Assembly (NCBI GenBank): GCA_040389185.1
Contig: JAZKAJ010000011.1
Span: 1,033 to 65,032, forward strand
DNA: 64,000 nucleotides
From: Patescibacteria group bacterium
GTDB lineage: Bacteria; Patescibacteriota; Minisyncoccia; Phycocordibacterales; CAIRYW01
Direction: 5' to 3'
Each line of letters opens with the position of its first letter. Within the stretch, counting starts at the first letter, position 1. The notes under the pieces are model-generated. The model did not search any database and was not told where the DNA came from. It saw only the letters and a list, made by a program, of their open reading frames with translations. Below, piece by piece: positions 10,485-20,463 of the stretch. Position numbers and translations under genes: made by a program.

Positions 10485-11066
10485 ATGTCGCTCGATATTA
10501 TTTTAGTTTTGGTCTCGGTATGTCTCTCGTTGTTTGGGAGCTATAGGTATATTTACGATACGATTAAAGGAACAACAAGACCGAATAGGGTTTCTCAGAG
10601 TCTTTGGGCAGTCGCACCACTTATTGGTGTTGGTGCCGCAATATCTTCCGGGGCAGGAGTTTTGACTACTGTGAGGACTTTTATGTCGGGCTTTATTCCA
10701 CTTGTCATATTTATTGTTTCATTCGTAAATAAAACAGGGTATTGGAAGACAACAAAATCTGATTATTTTTGTGGAATATTTTCTTTGGTTGCACTGGTAT
10801 TGTGGCTTTTGATTGATATGCCTGTATATGCAGTTTTATTTGCTGCGCTCGCTGATATGTTTGCAGCAATTCCAACAATCAAAAAATCCTGGACCAATCC
10901 AGAAAGTGAAACAGGCGCGGCTTATGTTATGAGTTTATTAAGTGTGATAGTTATTTTACCTACAATAAAAGTGTTTGATATTCAAAATACAGTTTTCCAA
11001 ATTTATTTGTTGTTTATAGATATTGTATTAATATTTTGTATTTATAGGAGGAGGATTTTTAGATAA
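10485..11066 (+). CDS. Membrane protein (PQ-loop-like)
   Basis: KGTTRPNR..W and PTIKKSWTNPESE motifs, about 7 TM. Confidence 0.6.
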   Translation: MSLDIILVLVSVCLSLFGSYRYIYDTIKGTTRPNRVSQSLWAVAPLIGVGAAISSGAGVLTTVRTFMSGFIPLVIFIVSFVNKTGYWKTTKSDYFCGIFSLVALVLWLLIDMPVYAVLFAALADMFAAIPTIKKSWTNPESETGAAYVMSLLSVIVILPTIKVFDIQNTVFQIYLLFIDIVLIFCIYRRRIFR

Positions 11067-11072
11067 ACATCA

Positions 11073-11264
11073 TCCAGTTGGACCGCGAGTACGCTTATCG
11101 AACCTTACAGGTTCAGTACACCTTTTGGTGATTTTGTTTCGTTCCTCACAAAATCAGCTCAAAAGGTTTTCGATTCCAACACGCAAGTGCCCCACACTTG
11201 CTTGGACGCACAAAAATACAAAAACCTCAGACGTTGGACGTCTGAGGTTTTTGTATTTTTGTGC
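11073..11264 (+). repeat. tRNA tail element A (tRNA-Lys-specific, module 1), displaced from its tRNA by the island
   Basis: TCCAGTTGGA direct repeat; module 1; TTCGATTCCAAC[22 nt hairpin]TGGACGCA = inverted Lys 3' end; CACAAAAATACAAAAACCTCAGACG hairpin. Confidence 0.85.
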
Positions 11265-11388
11265 CCCAACTCAGTCTCGGAATATAGGTAATGAGACCAT
11301 GTAAGGGTTCTTTGAGTGATTTCGATATAGAAAATTTAACCCAGTCGGTCGGGGTTTTGTTTTTTCAAAATGAGACAAATGAGACAGT

Positions 11389-12150
11389 TCAAGACTTTTT
11401 CTTGCGTTTCATTTTCACACGTTTTTTTGCTTCCCTGCGAGCATATCGGTTTTCCAATCTCTTCTTCTCCTCAGCTTCACGCTCTGCCATTTCCTCAGGT
11501 GACACAACTCTCATGTGTTCCATGATTCGATATCCTTTAAGATGTTCGAATGGATCAACAAATCTGTACCAAGGTTCAGAATGATACCAAGTTTCTCCAT
11601 TCCTATCTTCTTTTACCATATACGATTTCACCATTTTCCTTTGCGGTAAGAAATCTTTGTTATCTTTTATTAAAAAGATATGGCAATGAACTCGGCTACC
11701 ATCCATAACCGTTCTTGGTTTGATGATTCCTGCTTCGATCCATTCTTTTAGTTTCTTTTTGTTCACATTAAAATCACTTTCCATGTCATATTCTGAATAC
11801 CGATTGTCTCTATTCTTTGCAATGGAAGGAAGGATTTCTTTTCTATTTATTGCTTTCTGGCATATAGAACATTTGATTCCATATTGGTCATACCAGTTTT
11901 CATTTTCCTGAGTTGAGTTACCGCAGATTGCACAACTGTATCCTCGACTTTCTAATATATACCCTTTAGGAAATTCTCTAAGTTTGTTTTTTCTTCTTCG
12001 ATCTTCTAGTGCAAATTCATAAATTAAGTTTGCATACCTTCCAAGATTAGCAAAAGCTTCCTCAGCTTCATCCCAAGTAACTTCTTTGCCACCTTCTCTC
12101 TCCATAATATTCTTCATCTCCTGAACATGTTCTTCGTGAGACTTACTCAT
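11389..12150 (-). CDS. Hypothetical protein with CxxC...CxxC zinc finger and HTH-like segment
   Basis: CAIC...CSIC; ORF could extend to 12183. Confidence 0.65.
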   Translation of the reverse strand: MSKSHEEHVQEMKNIMEREGGKEVTWDEAEEAFANLGRYANLIYEFALEDRRRKNKLREFPKGYILESRGYSCAICGNSTQENENWYDQYGIKCSICQKAINRKEILPSIAKNRDNRYSEYDMESDFNVNKKKLKEWIEAGIIKPRTVMDGSRVHCHIFLIKDNKDFLPQRKMVKSYMVKEDRNGETWYHSEPWYRFVDPFEHLKGYRIMEHMRVVSPEEMAEREAEEKKRLENRYARREAKKRVKMKRKKKS

Positions 12151-12389
12151 ATTATAATTATAACTCCATAATATTTTTTTCATAAATGAGACAGTCTATG
12201 TGAGTAGTTTAAATCTGAGCTCGTAAAAATCATCTTATTTCATAAGATGATTTAATTGAATTGAACCTATAAATAAAAAATAATTTTACTTAGTTTGACT
12301 TTGATGTCGGAACAGCTAGTATTACCCCGGAAGCGCTCGAGTGAGTGCTAAACTCGCTCCTTGAGAGCAAAACAAACAGAAACACGACT

Positions 12390-13721
12390 ATGATATCTAA
12401 CCTTAGAGGTCAGTCAAAACTGCGTTGCATGCAATGTGGGGCAGTTGTGCCCTTGTATGGAACAGTGCAGTTCACCTGCGGAAAATGCGGTGGATTGTAT
12501 GATGTCGAACATGAGTTCGGTCACATCACAAAAGGAGGACCCGATTATTGGAAAACAATCTTCGACGTTCGCACAAAACCATCGGGCAACGTCCTGTATT
12601 CCTCTGGGGTGTGGCGGTTCCATGAACTCATCATGCCCTCTCTCGATCCACAGGAAATTGTGTCGCTTGGCGAAGGTGTGTTCCAGATACTTTCTGCGGG
12701 CAAAAAGGTTCGTGACTGGGTCGGTGGCAACACCGATTTGTGGATCGTTCCTGAAGGTCTCACTCAAACTGGTTCCTTCAAGGATCACGGTGGCACAGTT
12801 GCCATGAGTGTTGCGAAAGCAATGGGCATCAAAACCATAGCTTGTGCATCCACTGGCGACACATCCGCAATGGCAGCCGCATACGCCGCCGCAGCAGGAT
12901 TGAAGTGTGTTGTTGTCTTGCCTGCGGGTAAGGTCACCAATGTGCAACTCGCTCAACCTGTCGCTCATGGTGCACGAATCATTACGATCCCCGGATCGTT
13001 TGATGACTGCATGCGCGTCGTTCGGGAACTCTGCGAAGCAGGCAGGGTTTTTCCAATCAACAGCATCAATCCGACGCGAATCGAAGGTCATCAAGCAACC
13101 GTCTTCCTTATGGCACAGTTCCTCCAATGGCAACTACCTGATGTGTTTGTGGTTCCTGTCGGTAACGGCAGCAACTCCTCATCCATCGGCAAAGCCATCC
13201 GTCTCCTCAAACAACTCGGTCTCGTCGCAGACAAGGAATGCAAGATTATCGGTGTCCAATCCGACTCTGCAAATCCGTTGGCGACAAGTTGGGAAAGTGT
13301 TCAAAGACTGGGACGGGTTGATATTGAGAAATGGCGCTCGGTCTATCAGCCGCGGAAAGACCTCGGAGAAACAGCTGCTACAGCGGCACGGATCGGAAAT
13401 CCGGTTTCTTGGGCCAAAGTCATGCGCGAAATCTGTGCCTCCGATGGTGCGGTGCTTACAGTGACTGAAGCTGAGCTTCTCGAAGCAACCCGAACACTCG
13501 GATCTTCTGGATTCTCTGGCTGTCCGCAAACTGGGACAGCTCTCGCGGGTCTCCGGCAAGCGATTGCTCGTGGATTCGTTAAACCAGGTGCGACGGTGTC
13601 GTTGGTGTCAACGGCAACCTCACTTAAGTTCCCTGATGTGGCGATGGAGTTTGGGGGTGACTTGATCACAAGTGCAGGGTCTTGCGACACTGAGGATATC
13701 GCGAGTATCATGGGAATCTGA
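12390..13721 (+). CDS. thrC: Threonine synthase (PLP fold type II)
   Basis: TGSFKD PLP lysine, CASTGDTS, INSINPTRIEG, VPVGNG; N-terminal Zn ribbon. Confidence 0.9.
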   Translation: MISNLRGQSKLRCMQCGAVVPLYGTVQFTCGKCGGLYDVEHEFGHITKGGPDYWKTIFDVRTKPSGNVLYSSGVWRFHELIMPSLDPQEIVSLGEGVFQILSAGKKVRDWVGGNTDLWIVPEGLTQTGSFKDHGGTVAMSVAKAMGIKTIACASTGDTSAMAAAYAAAAGLKCVVVLPAGKVTNVQLAQPVAHGARIITIPGSFDDCMRVVRELCEAGRVFPINSINPTRIEGHQATVFLMAQFLQWQLPDVFVVPVGNGSNSSSIGKAIRLLKQLGLVADKECKIIGVQSDSANPLATSWESVQRLGRVDIEKWRSVYQPRKDLGETAATAARIGNPVSWAKVMREICASDGAVLTVTEAELLEATRTLGSSGFSGCPQTGTALAGLRQAIARGFVKPGATVSLVSTATSLKFPDVAMEFGGDLITSAGSCDTEDIASIMGI

Positions 13722-13774
13722 TGGAGTGCTCTGACGACAATGGGGAGGTGGTGCTTACGGGCCCACCTCCTTTT

Positions 13775-14125
13775 TTATTTAAATTCCTTATCCGCAGTTC
13801 TAAACATAATAACCATCATTATAATAAATGCTACACCGATAGATATTGCAATTCCTTTTTCTGTAGAAGTTGAGACATCAAGTGCAAATTGAAATATAGC
13901 TATAATCATTTGAACGATAGCAAAGAATGCAATGACTTTTGAAAATTTTTTGTTTGATGCATCTAAATCAACCATTGTTTTGTTTGTCCTCAGTGTTGCC
14001 TTTATCTGAAGCTCATTCATCTTCATTTGTTGTTTAGAAAAAGCAATCCCTGTAGAAATTTCTCCAATAGAATCGAGTGCGTCTAATATATCTTTATCTT
14101 CGGGTAAATATTGTTCTTTTTTCAT
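13775..14125 (-). CDS. Hypothetical membrane protein
   Basis: Two C-terminal TM segments. Confidence 0.55.
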   Translation of the reverse strand: MKKEQYLPEDKDILDALDSIGEISTGIAFSKQQMKMNELQIKATLRTNKTMVDLDASNKKFSKVIAFFAIVQMIIAIFQFALDVSTSTEKGIAISIGVAFIIMMVIMFRTADKEFK

Positions 14126-14373
14126 AAATTATATTGTAACATTTTGAGCTTTTATGGAAAATTTCAATTTACTTTTTTCTGTCCATAAATACCCTTATTT
14201 CCCAACACATTTTCGTGTGGATAAATTTACGAGATTCCCACAAAACGCATTTTGAATATATTAGAATGATGTTAAGGAAGAGGAGTTGTGAAATTACAAG
14301 AGTGTTAGTTTAAAGAACATTCCTGTAACTTTAGAAGCCTTCCTACAAATTAATAGTTAGTAAAAATAAAAGA

Positions 14374-15720
14374 ATGAAAAAACTTGATGAAAAGTTGGTT
14401 GTTAAGTATGTCCAAATTTCTGAGATTAAGCCCTCAGAATATAATCCACGAAAGTGGGATGCGGAACAGAAGGAATCGCTTAAGCAAAGTCTTACTCAAT
14501 TCGGTATAGTTGATCCACTGGTTTGTAATAGTGCAGAAGGGAGAATGAATATTCTCCTTGGTGGTCACTTCAGATTGGAAGTGTTGAAGGAACTTGAATA
14601 TAAAGAAGTTCCAGTGGTTTACATCAATATCTCAGATATTGAAAAAGAGAAGGAACTCAATATCAGATTAAACAAGAATACGGGAGAATTCGATTTAGAT
14701 CTGTTGGCAGAATTTGATGAGGCACTCCTTTCTAATATTGGATTTGATTCAGAAGAACTCGATACCATCTTCAACAATGATGAGGACGAAGAGGAACAAT
14801 TTGATCTCAAGAAAGAACTAGAGAAACTTAATATCAATGAAATCAAAGTAAAGAAGGGTGACGTATATGAACTCGATGGATCAAGACTTATGTGTGGCGA
14901 CAGCACGATTGAAGAAGATATGCTTTCCCTTATGGGTGAGCATAAGGCAGACATGGTAATGACTGATCCGCCATATATTCTTGATTACCTGCATGGTAAG
15001 ACAAGGCACGGAGAAGCAACAGAAGGGTTTGGATCAAAGAAAAACAGAAGATATCTTGAGACAGATGTTTTGCCTGATAACTTCACAGAACTTTGGATGG
15101 GAAATATACAAAAAATACAGAAAGAAAACTTTCATATTGTTTGCTACGAGAACTGGAAGAATATTCGTACTATCTGGAACGAGATGGAGAAGCATTGGAA
15201 AGTCCGCAATATGATTGTCTGGCATCTTCCTAATCGTGTACAGGGATATTCAGGAAAGTACAAACTCTTTAACAAGTACGATATTGCCATGGTTGGTACG
15301 ACTGAAGACGAAGTGAATCTCAACACTGAAAAGGAGGATGAGATTGTTGATAACGAGTATGAGACAGCACTCTATGCAACATCAGGATCACCACATTGGG
15401 AAAGTTACGGAGCTGGTAAGAAGATTTGTCCAACTGATTTTATTGAGTTTAAAGCCGCGGATGAGAAATCTTCAGGACAAGGAATCATCTTCGGTACAAA
15501 ACCGCTTGAGATCCTTATGCCTTACATAAAGATACTAACAGAGAGGGATGATCTTGTAGTAGAGCCTTTTGGTGGAAGTGGGTCGACATTAATAGCATCC
15601 ATCAAAATGAAAAGAAGATGCTTTCTTATGGAGAAATCTCCAGTCTATGTTGAGGTAATCCTTCGAAGATGGAGAATACAGACTGGTAAGGAGCCGGTAA
15701 AAATTTATGAGAGAGCATAA
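14374..15720 (+). CDS. ParB/Srx N-terminal domain fused to N6/N4 DNA methyltransferase
   Basis: YNPRK, GGHFRL (ParB); TDPPY and EPFGGSGST (MTase). Confidence 0.9.
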   Translation: MKKLDEKLVVKYVQISEIKPSEYNPRKWDAEQKESLKQSLTQFGIVDPLVCNSAEGRMNILLGGHFRLEVLKELEYKEVPVVYINISDIEKEKELNIRLNKNTGEFDLDLLAEFDEALLSNIGFDSEELDTIFNNDEDEEEQFDLKKELEKLNINEIKVKKGDVYELDGSRLMCGDSTIEEDMLSLMGEHKADMVMTDPPYILDYLHGKTRHGEATEGFGSKKNRRYLETDVLPDNFTELWMGNIQKIQKENFHIVCYENWKNIRTIWNEMEKHWKVRNMIVWHLPNRVQGYSGKYKLFNKYDIAMVGTTEDEVNLNTEKEDEIVDNEYETALYATSGSPHWESYGAGKKICPTDFIEFKAADEKSSGQGIIFGTKPLEILMPYIKILTERDDLVVEPFGGSGSTLIASIKMKRRCFLMEKSPVYVEVILRRWRIQTGKEPVKIYERA

Positions 15721-16096
15721 AGAAGATAAGATAAGATTTCTTGAGGAACTGCAGAAGATAGGAAATGTATGGACTGCGTGTGGAAGAATTAAGATTCCAA
15801 GATCGACAATATATCGTTGGTTAAAGACTGATCCAGAATTTAATGAATTGGCCCGAAAAGCAATGAAAATCGGTCGAATCAGCCTAAGTGAAATGACAGA
15901 GGGTGTAGTAATTAAGAAAGCTATTGTAGAAAAAGATTTGAAAGCTTCAATGTATATTCTGAGCCACAATCATCCTAGGTATATAAAACGAGAGCCACTG
16001 CCACCTAAAGATGAAAATCAGGCAATGAATTTGGCTGATCTAATTAAGAAGAGTATAAAAAAGGATGGAACGAATGAGGATTCTTTCGGACTGTGA
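15707..16096 (+). CDS. HTH protein, phage terminase small subunit-like
   Basis: FLEELQKIGNVWTAC..IPRSTIYRWLKTDPEF; overlaps MTase stop. Confidence 0.6.
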   Translation: MREHKEDKIRFLEELQKIGNVWTACGRIKIPRSTIYRWLKTDPEFNELARKAMKIGRISLSEMTEGVVIKKAIVEKDLKASMYILSHNHPRYIKREPLPPKDENQAMNLADLIKKSIKKDGTNEDSFGL

Positions 16097-16109
16097 TTAA
16101 TTACAGATC

Positions 16110-16158
16110 TTTATTTAAAAGAACCAGTAGTTCATACTACTGGTTCTTTTAAATAAAT
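16110..16158. terminator. Bidirectional terminator
   Basis: TTTATTTAAAAGAACCAGTAG...CTACTGGTTCTTTTAAATAAA. Confidence 0.7.
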
Positions 16159-16806
16159 TTACTTCACTATCGAACATCCATTCACAAGCACATTACCAAG
16201 CTTTCCAGAGAGCTCACCTTTAAGAGTTAATCGATCTCCCTTGGATACTGTTGCCAATTGAGTCTCATCAGCTTTTGAGAACATACACTGAACATTCTCA
16301 AAAGAATACTGGCTTCCGTCGGTAAGTGAAATGTATGGAGTATCAACAATGTCTTTGCCAATGGTATCAACAAGGCCTGACACTTCGACAATATTGTTCT
16401 TGTACTTTGCATCAGCAGAAACTTCATTTGCTTTGTAGTCAGCAAGAAGTTTTGTTGCTGTTACTTTGATTGCTGGTTGTTCTGGTACTGGCACAGACAC
16501 ACTTTTATCTGTTACTACTGACGGCATAACATTACTTGATGAAGTTGTACCTATTATCACAAAGAGTACTAAGACAAGAAAGACTTTCAATCCTCGAGAA
16601 AGATTGATATGTAATTTCTCCTTTATTAATTTGTTACTCGGTGGCAATACAATGATTGCGATAAGGAGAAACAAAATTCCTGAGAGAGGCTTAGTAAAAA
16701 TTGTACTTACTGCTGTAAGTAACATGACTACACCAAATACCCAAGAGAATACAGAACCTAGAGTTATGTTTTTAGTCTTAACTGAAGACTGGTTGTTGTT
16801 TTCCAT
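16159..16806 (-). CDS. Membrane protein with tRNA_anti-like OB-fold
   Basis: 3 TMs then LLADYKANEVSADAKYKN..VEVSG.V..IG motif. Confidence 0.75.
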   Translation of the reverse strand: MENNNQSSVKTKNITLGSVFSWVFGVVMLLTAVSTIFTKPLSGILFLLIAIIVLPPSNKLIKEKLHINLSRGLKVFLVLVLFVIIGTTSSSNVMPSVVTDKSVSVPVPEQPAIKVTATKLLADYKANEVSADAKYKNNIVEVSGLVDTIGKDIVDTPYISLTDGSQYSFENVQCMFSKADETQLATVSKGDRLTLKGELSGKLGNVLVNGCSIVK

Positions 16807-16955
16807 TGTAGCGAGTTTTTATAACATGACAGGTAGACAAAAAGCCCTCCGCCATGGCGATGGTCCGAAGACCACCCACATCCGTTTCCAGATATGACTC
16901 GCTACAAGTACCCTGACGAAGGGTTTTTTATCTTGTAGCGAGCTTTTCGACCATA
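16807..16955 (-). promoter_or_regulatory. Structured 5' leader with antisense match to the translation start region
   Basis: CTCGCTACAA present twice in sense (one abutting ATG) and once inverted. Confidence 0.5.
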
Positions 16956-17091
16956 TCCTTTAAAACTTTTAAGGGTTTCAAAGGGGTTAGGTCTCTTATT
17001 AAGTTGTACTAAACAATAATACCAAGATTATAGGTATTAGTCAGTACCTTAGCTCGGATTAGGAATTTTAGGTAATCGAGTTACCAACAGC

Positions 17092-17478
17092 TTAGAATTG
17101 TGCTTTTTGACCCCAATTACCATCATCCCAGGCGGGTTTATCCGTTCCTGTGATATGAAATTCTCCATCATCCATCATTTCGCCGTAATAGACAGTGCCT
17201 GGTAGCCAGGCGGTTTCTCCAAGAAATTCTGATATAGCTTCTCCAGACTTCTGATAAACATAATTTATAATATTGTCTCCAGAATAATCACGAACATGAG
17301 TGTAAGGCATTACAGGGTTTGGAATTCCCATAAGAAAAAGGGTTGTCTTTTCTTTACCTGTCACTTCTTTTAATTCTGATCGTAGAAGAAACCGCAATCC
17401 TGTTCCAAGATACTCACCAGTACTCAACATATAACTTTTACTTGCAGTTTTAATTTCTGTTTCTTTATTCTCACTCAT
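17092..17478 (-). CDS. Hypothetical protein
   Basis: 128 aa ORF in island. Confidence 0.55.
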   Translation of the reverse strand: MSENKETEIKTASKSYMLSTGEYLGTGLRFLLRSELKEVTGKEKTTLFLMGIPNPVMPYTHVRDYSGDNIINYVYQKSGEAISEFLGETAWLPGTVYYGEMMDDGEFHITGTDKPAWDDGNWGQKAQF

Positions 17479-17516
17479 TGTTTAATGATATTTAATATCG
17501 GTTAAATTGATAATGG

Positions 17517-17855
17517 TTATTTTTTAAGCTTCAATATCTGTGCCCAGCCTTTCTCATGAATGTCCTTTGCAAGAATAACTAATCGTCCCGCAAAAAAAGC
17601 AACACCCATACCCAAGACAGATAAACAAAGACCCGAAGCGAATGGATTTGTAAGTAAATTTGATAGACGTGGGTCAAGTTTTTCTAATCCACCATAAGCA
17701 GCAATCAGGGCGATTCCCCAGAATGCACTAAATCCTATATATTCGAATTCACTAAGTTTTTTATCCAAGTTTACTGTTTTCCTGTAAGACCACACAGTTA
17801 TAAAACCTGTGAAGATAATATAGAAGTAAACATATGCGTCATCTGTTGGATTCAT
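17517..17855 (-). CDS. Hypothetical membrane protein
   Basis: 3 TM segments. Confidence 0.55.
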   Translation of the reverse strand: MNPTDDAYVYFYIIFTGFITVWSYRKTVNLDKKLSEFEYIGFSAFWGIALIAAYGGLEKLDPRLSNLLTNPFASGLCLSVLGMGVAFFAGRLVILAKDIHEKGWAQILKLKK

Positions 17856-17918
17856 ATTTTTTAATTTTCTAATAATTATGACCCGTTCCTCCAAATTAAG
17901 GAGGAACGGGTTCTGTCA

Positions 17919-18203
17919 CTATCTCGCTGGAACTAAATCACCACACCAAGCTGTATATTGTAAGACAAGAATATTTGATGTCTTACCTGTACTGTTGGAT
18001 GACGTCTTTGCAAGAATGTGGACCTGCTGACAAGTTGCTGTAGTGTTTAGGGTGTATTCGGCAGTCGGAAGACTGTATCGAGCACCGTTACCTGCAGTGA
18101 TTGTCTTAACGAATCCTGCACGCTGCATTGCAGTATGAAGGATGTTATAATCGTTAGGATAGATAGCGTTGTGCAATTCTACTCTGATAAAGTATGAATT
18201 CAT
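17919..18203 (-). CDS. GhoS/DUF2622-like endoribonuclease
   Basis: YFIRVELH...DY..LH.AM...GF...I.....RYSLPTAEY pattern. Confidence 0.7.
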   Translation of the reverse strand: MNSYFIRVELHNAIYPNDYNILHTAMQRAGFVKTITAGNGARYSLPTAEYTLNTTATCQQVHILAKTSSNSTGKTSNILVLQYTAWCGDLVPAR

Positions 18204-18559
18204 TTTGTTTTCTAAGATTGGTTAATAAAATCGACCGTTAACAAAAAGCGATGACCCCTCGGTCATCGCTTTTTGTATGGAATTTTTTTAGAGTAAATAA
18301 CTACTTATGATTCTATAATTTTAGTGATGATCGAAGGCTGTGAAGTTTGTTGTTTTGTTATGTTATGTTTTTTGCCTTCGAGATTGATGTCTCGTACGAA
18401 TATTGATCTATGTAGTTTTCAATGAACTTAACGATAATATATCACTATTTTTTATTTGCACAAACCGGGTAAAGTTTATATCCCTGTTGGTAAATTGGGG
18501 ATAAGTTACCAACAGTCCAACCTGGACTCTCAAGAGGGGTTGTGTCATTCATTGAGTAT

Positions 18560-19879
18560 ATGAGTAGCGCAACAAATGCACCATTAGGAACAACAGCTAA
18601 AATAGTAATACCTGTAAAGGTGAAATACTGTCTTTACGCTAGAAAAAGCACAGAATCGGAAGAAGCTCAGATTCTTTCGATTGATAGCCAAATAAGGGAA
18701 ATGCAACAAATGGCAGACAGGGAGTGTTTGGAGATAGTTGAAATAAAGAGAGAATCACACTCCGCCAAAGAAGCAGGACAACGACCTGTGTTTAATGAGA
18801 TTGTAGAAGAAATTAAACTTGGAAAATTTAATGGAATTCTGACTTGGGCGGCAGATAGAATAAGTCGTAATGCGGGGGATCTTGGAAGAATTGTAGATCT
18901 AATGGATGCTGAGAAGCTTCATGATATTAGAACCTATAGCCAAAGATTCACCAACAATCCCAATGAGAAATTTCTTCTTATGATTCTTGGCTCACAAGCA
19001 AAGCTTGAGAATGACAATAAGGTGTTGAATGTAAAAAGAGGACTTAAAGCACGGTGTGAGATGGGACTCTGGCCTTGTGTACCGCCGACTGGATATTTAA
19101 GAAACAAGAATGTTGATAATAAATGTTTACCTGAAATAGATTCATATAGAGGAGCAATAATTAAGAAATGTTTTGAAAAAATAGCTTATGAAAAATGGTC
19201 AGGTAGAAAAGTATATAAATGGTTAAGAGACGAAGTAAACTTTAAAACAAAGACAGGTAAAATATATACTTTGAGCAATCTATATCTTACGTTACGGAAT
19301 CACTTCTATTACGGCACTTTTGAATATCCAAAAGACAGCGGTCATTGGTATACAGGTAAACATACACCCCTCATAACCAAAGAGTTGTTTGATAAGGTAC
19401 AGGAAGGAATAAGTAATTACAATGATCGAAACGAACACAAGGAATTCGCTTTTACAAAGATAATGTCTTGCGGACTGTGTGGATCTGGGATTACTGCTGA
19501 TGAGAAATTTAAGAAACTGGCGAATGGCAGTGTTCAGAGATATGTGTATTATGGTTGCACAAGATTTAATGATCGTGATTGTAAATCAGGATGGATCAAT
19601 GAAGTTGATCTTATAGAACAATTAGCTAATCTAATGGGCAATATTGATCTCGATGAAATTGGCATGAAGGAAAAGATAAAAGAAGAAATAGAACGACATA
19701 AGAAGTTTAGTTTGGGGCTACTAGGCGAAAAAGCTAAAGTAATTAAGACAACTGATATTGATATTCGAAATTATGCCAAATATGTTCTCCGCGACGGTGC
19801 CTCATGGGAGAAAAGAGAGTTATTGGGATGCTTAAGAAGTAAGATTTCCCTAAATGCAAAAAAGATAGAGATTCACTAA
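18560..19879 (+). CDS. Large serine recombinase (resolvase + recombinase + Zn ribbon)
   Basis: YARKST catalytic Ser, DRISRN, PPTGY, HTPLITKELF, CGLCG...YYGC. Confidence 0.95.
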   Translation: MSSATNAPLGTTAKIVIPVKVKYCLYARKSTESEEAQILSIDSQIREMQQMADRECLEIVEIKRESHSAKEAGQRPVFNEIVEEIKLGKFNGILTWAADRISRNAGDLGRIVDLMDAEKLHDIRTYSQRFTNNPNEKFLLMILGSQAKLENDNKVLNVKRGLKARCEMGLWPCVPPTGYLRNKNVDNKCLPEIDSYRGAIIKKCFEKIAYEKWSGRKVYKWLRDEVNFKTKTGKIYTLSNLYLTLRNHFYYGTFEYPKDSGHWYTGKHTPLITKELFDKVQEGISNYNDRNEHKEFAFTKIMSCGLCGSGITADEKFKKLANGSVQRYVYYGCTRFNDRDCKSGWINEVDLIEQLANLMGNIDLDEIGMKEKIKEEIERHKKFSLGLLGEKAKVIKTTDIDIRNYAKYVLRDGASWEKRELLGCLRSKISLNAKKIEIH

Positions 19880-19888
19880 GCCGGTAAG

Positions 19889-20128
19889 CTATTCCATTGC
19901 ATTCTTTTTGATTCTATACCATTCTCTTACATCAAGTTGTAAATAATCTTTACAGTCCAAAAGAATTTTAGATAACTCTTTATGTCTATACATATCTTCT
20001 AGCGGTGGCGCTGGTCGAATATCTCGTCGAATATTGGAATCCCTATCATAAACTTGAAACGCATAATTTATTGTGGTATCAATTTTTTTATACTCTTCAT
20101 AAAGCTTTAAGTATTCTTTTTCTTCCAT
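19889..20128 (-). CDS. Hypothetical protein
   Basis: 79 aa ORF downstream of Shedu. Confidence 0.45.
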   Translation of the reverse strand: MEEKEYLKLYEEYKKIDTTINYAFQVYDRDSNIRRDIRPAPPLEDMYRHKELSKILLDCKDYLQLDVREWYRIKKNAME

Positions 20129-20145
20129 GCAATTTATGTTATTGA

Positions 20146-20463
20146 TTATTTAATCGAATAAGCGAACTGAAGCATGCCGTTTGTTTGCGGATAAAAATCA
20201 AATAAAGTCTCAAAATTATCTTGATTTTCAGATGTCTGGAATTTGACATACTTTAAATTGGTCTTTTCTTCAAACCACTTTTTTAAAACTTCATCAACCT
20301 TTATATCTTTTGTTTGCTTCTTGAAGAGTCTGGATAGAAATACTATGTCAGCACAAACAATAATTTTACATAAAATACTACCATTATCGTCTTCAATAAA
20401 ACTCCTTTGCCAAAAAACATCAGCATGCCAATCCTCTTTAATATTTCCTAGAATTAATTTCAC
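20146..20463 (-). CDS. Hypothetical protein overlapping the Shedu stop
   Basis: GTG start overlaps stop at 20460. Confidence 0.45.
   Translation of the reverse strand: MKLILGNIKEDWHADVFWQRSFIEDDNGSILCKIIVCADIVFLSRLFKKQTKDIKVDEVLKKWFEEKTNLKYVKFQTSENQDNFETLFDFYPQTNGMLQFAYSIK

Noticed and set aside
11073-11082. TCCAGTTGGA as the att duplication bounding the tRNA-Lys island
   Set aside because: An equivalent direct repeat ends every tail element, including island-free ones; the GTGC junction at 11261 explains the boundary better.
12414-13711. Several long overlapping ORFs inside thrC
   Set aside because: Shadow frames expected from higher GC; no recognisable motifs.
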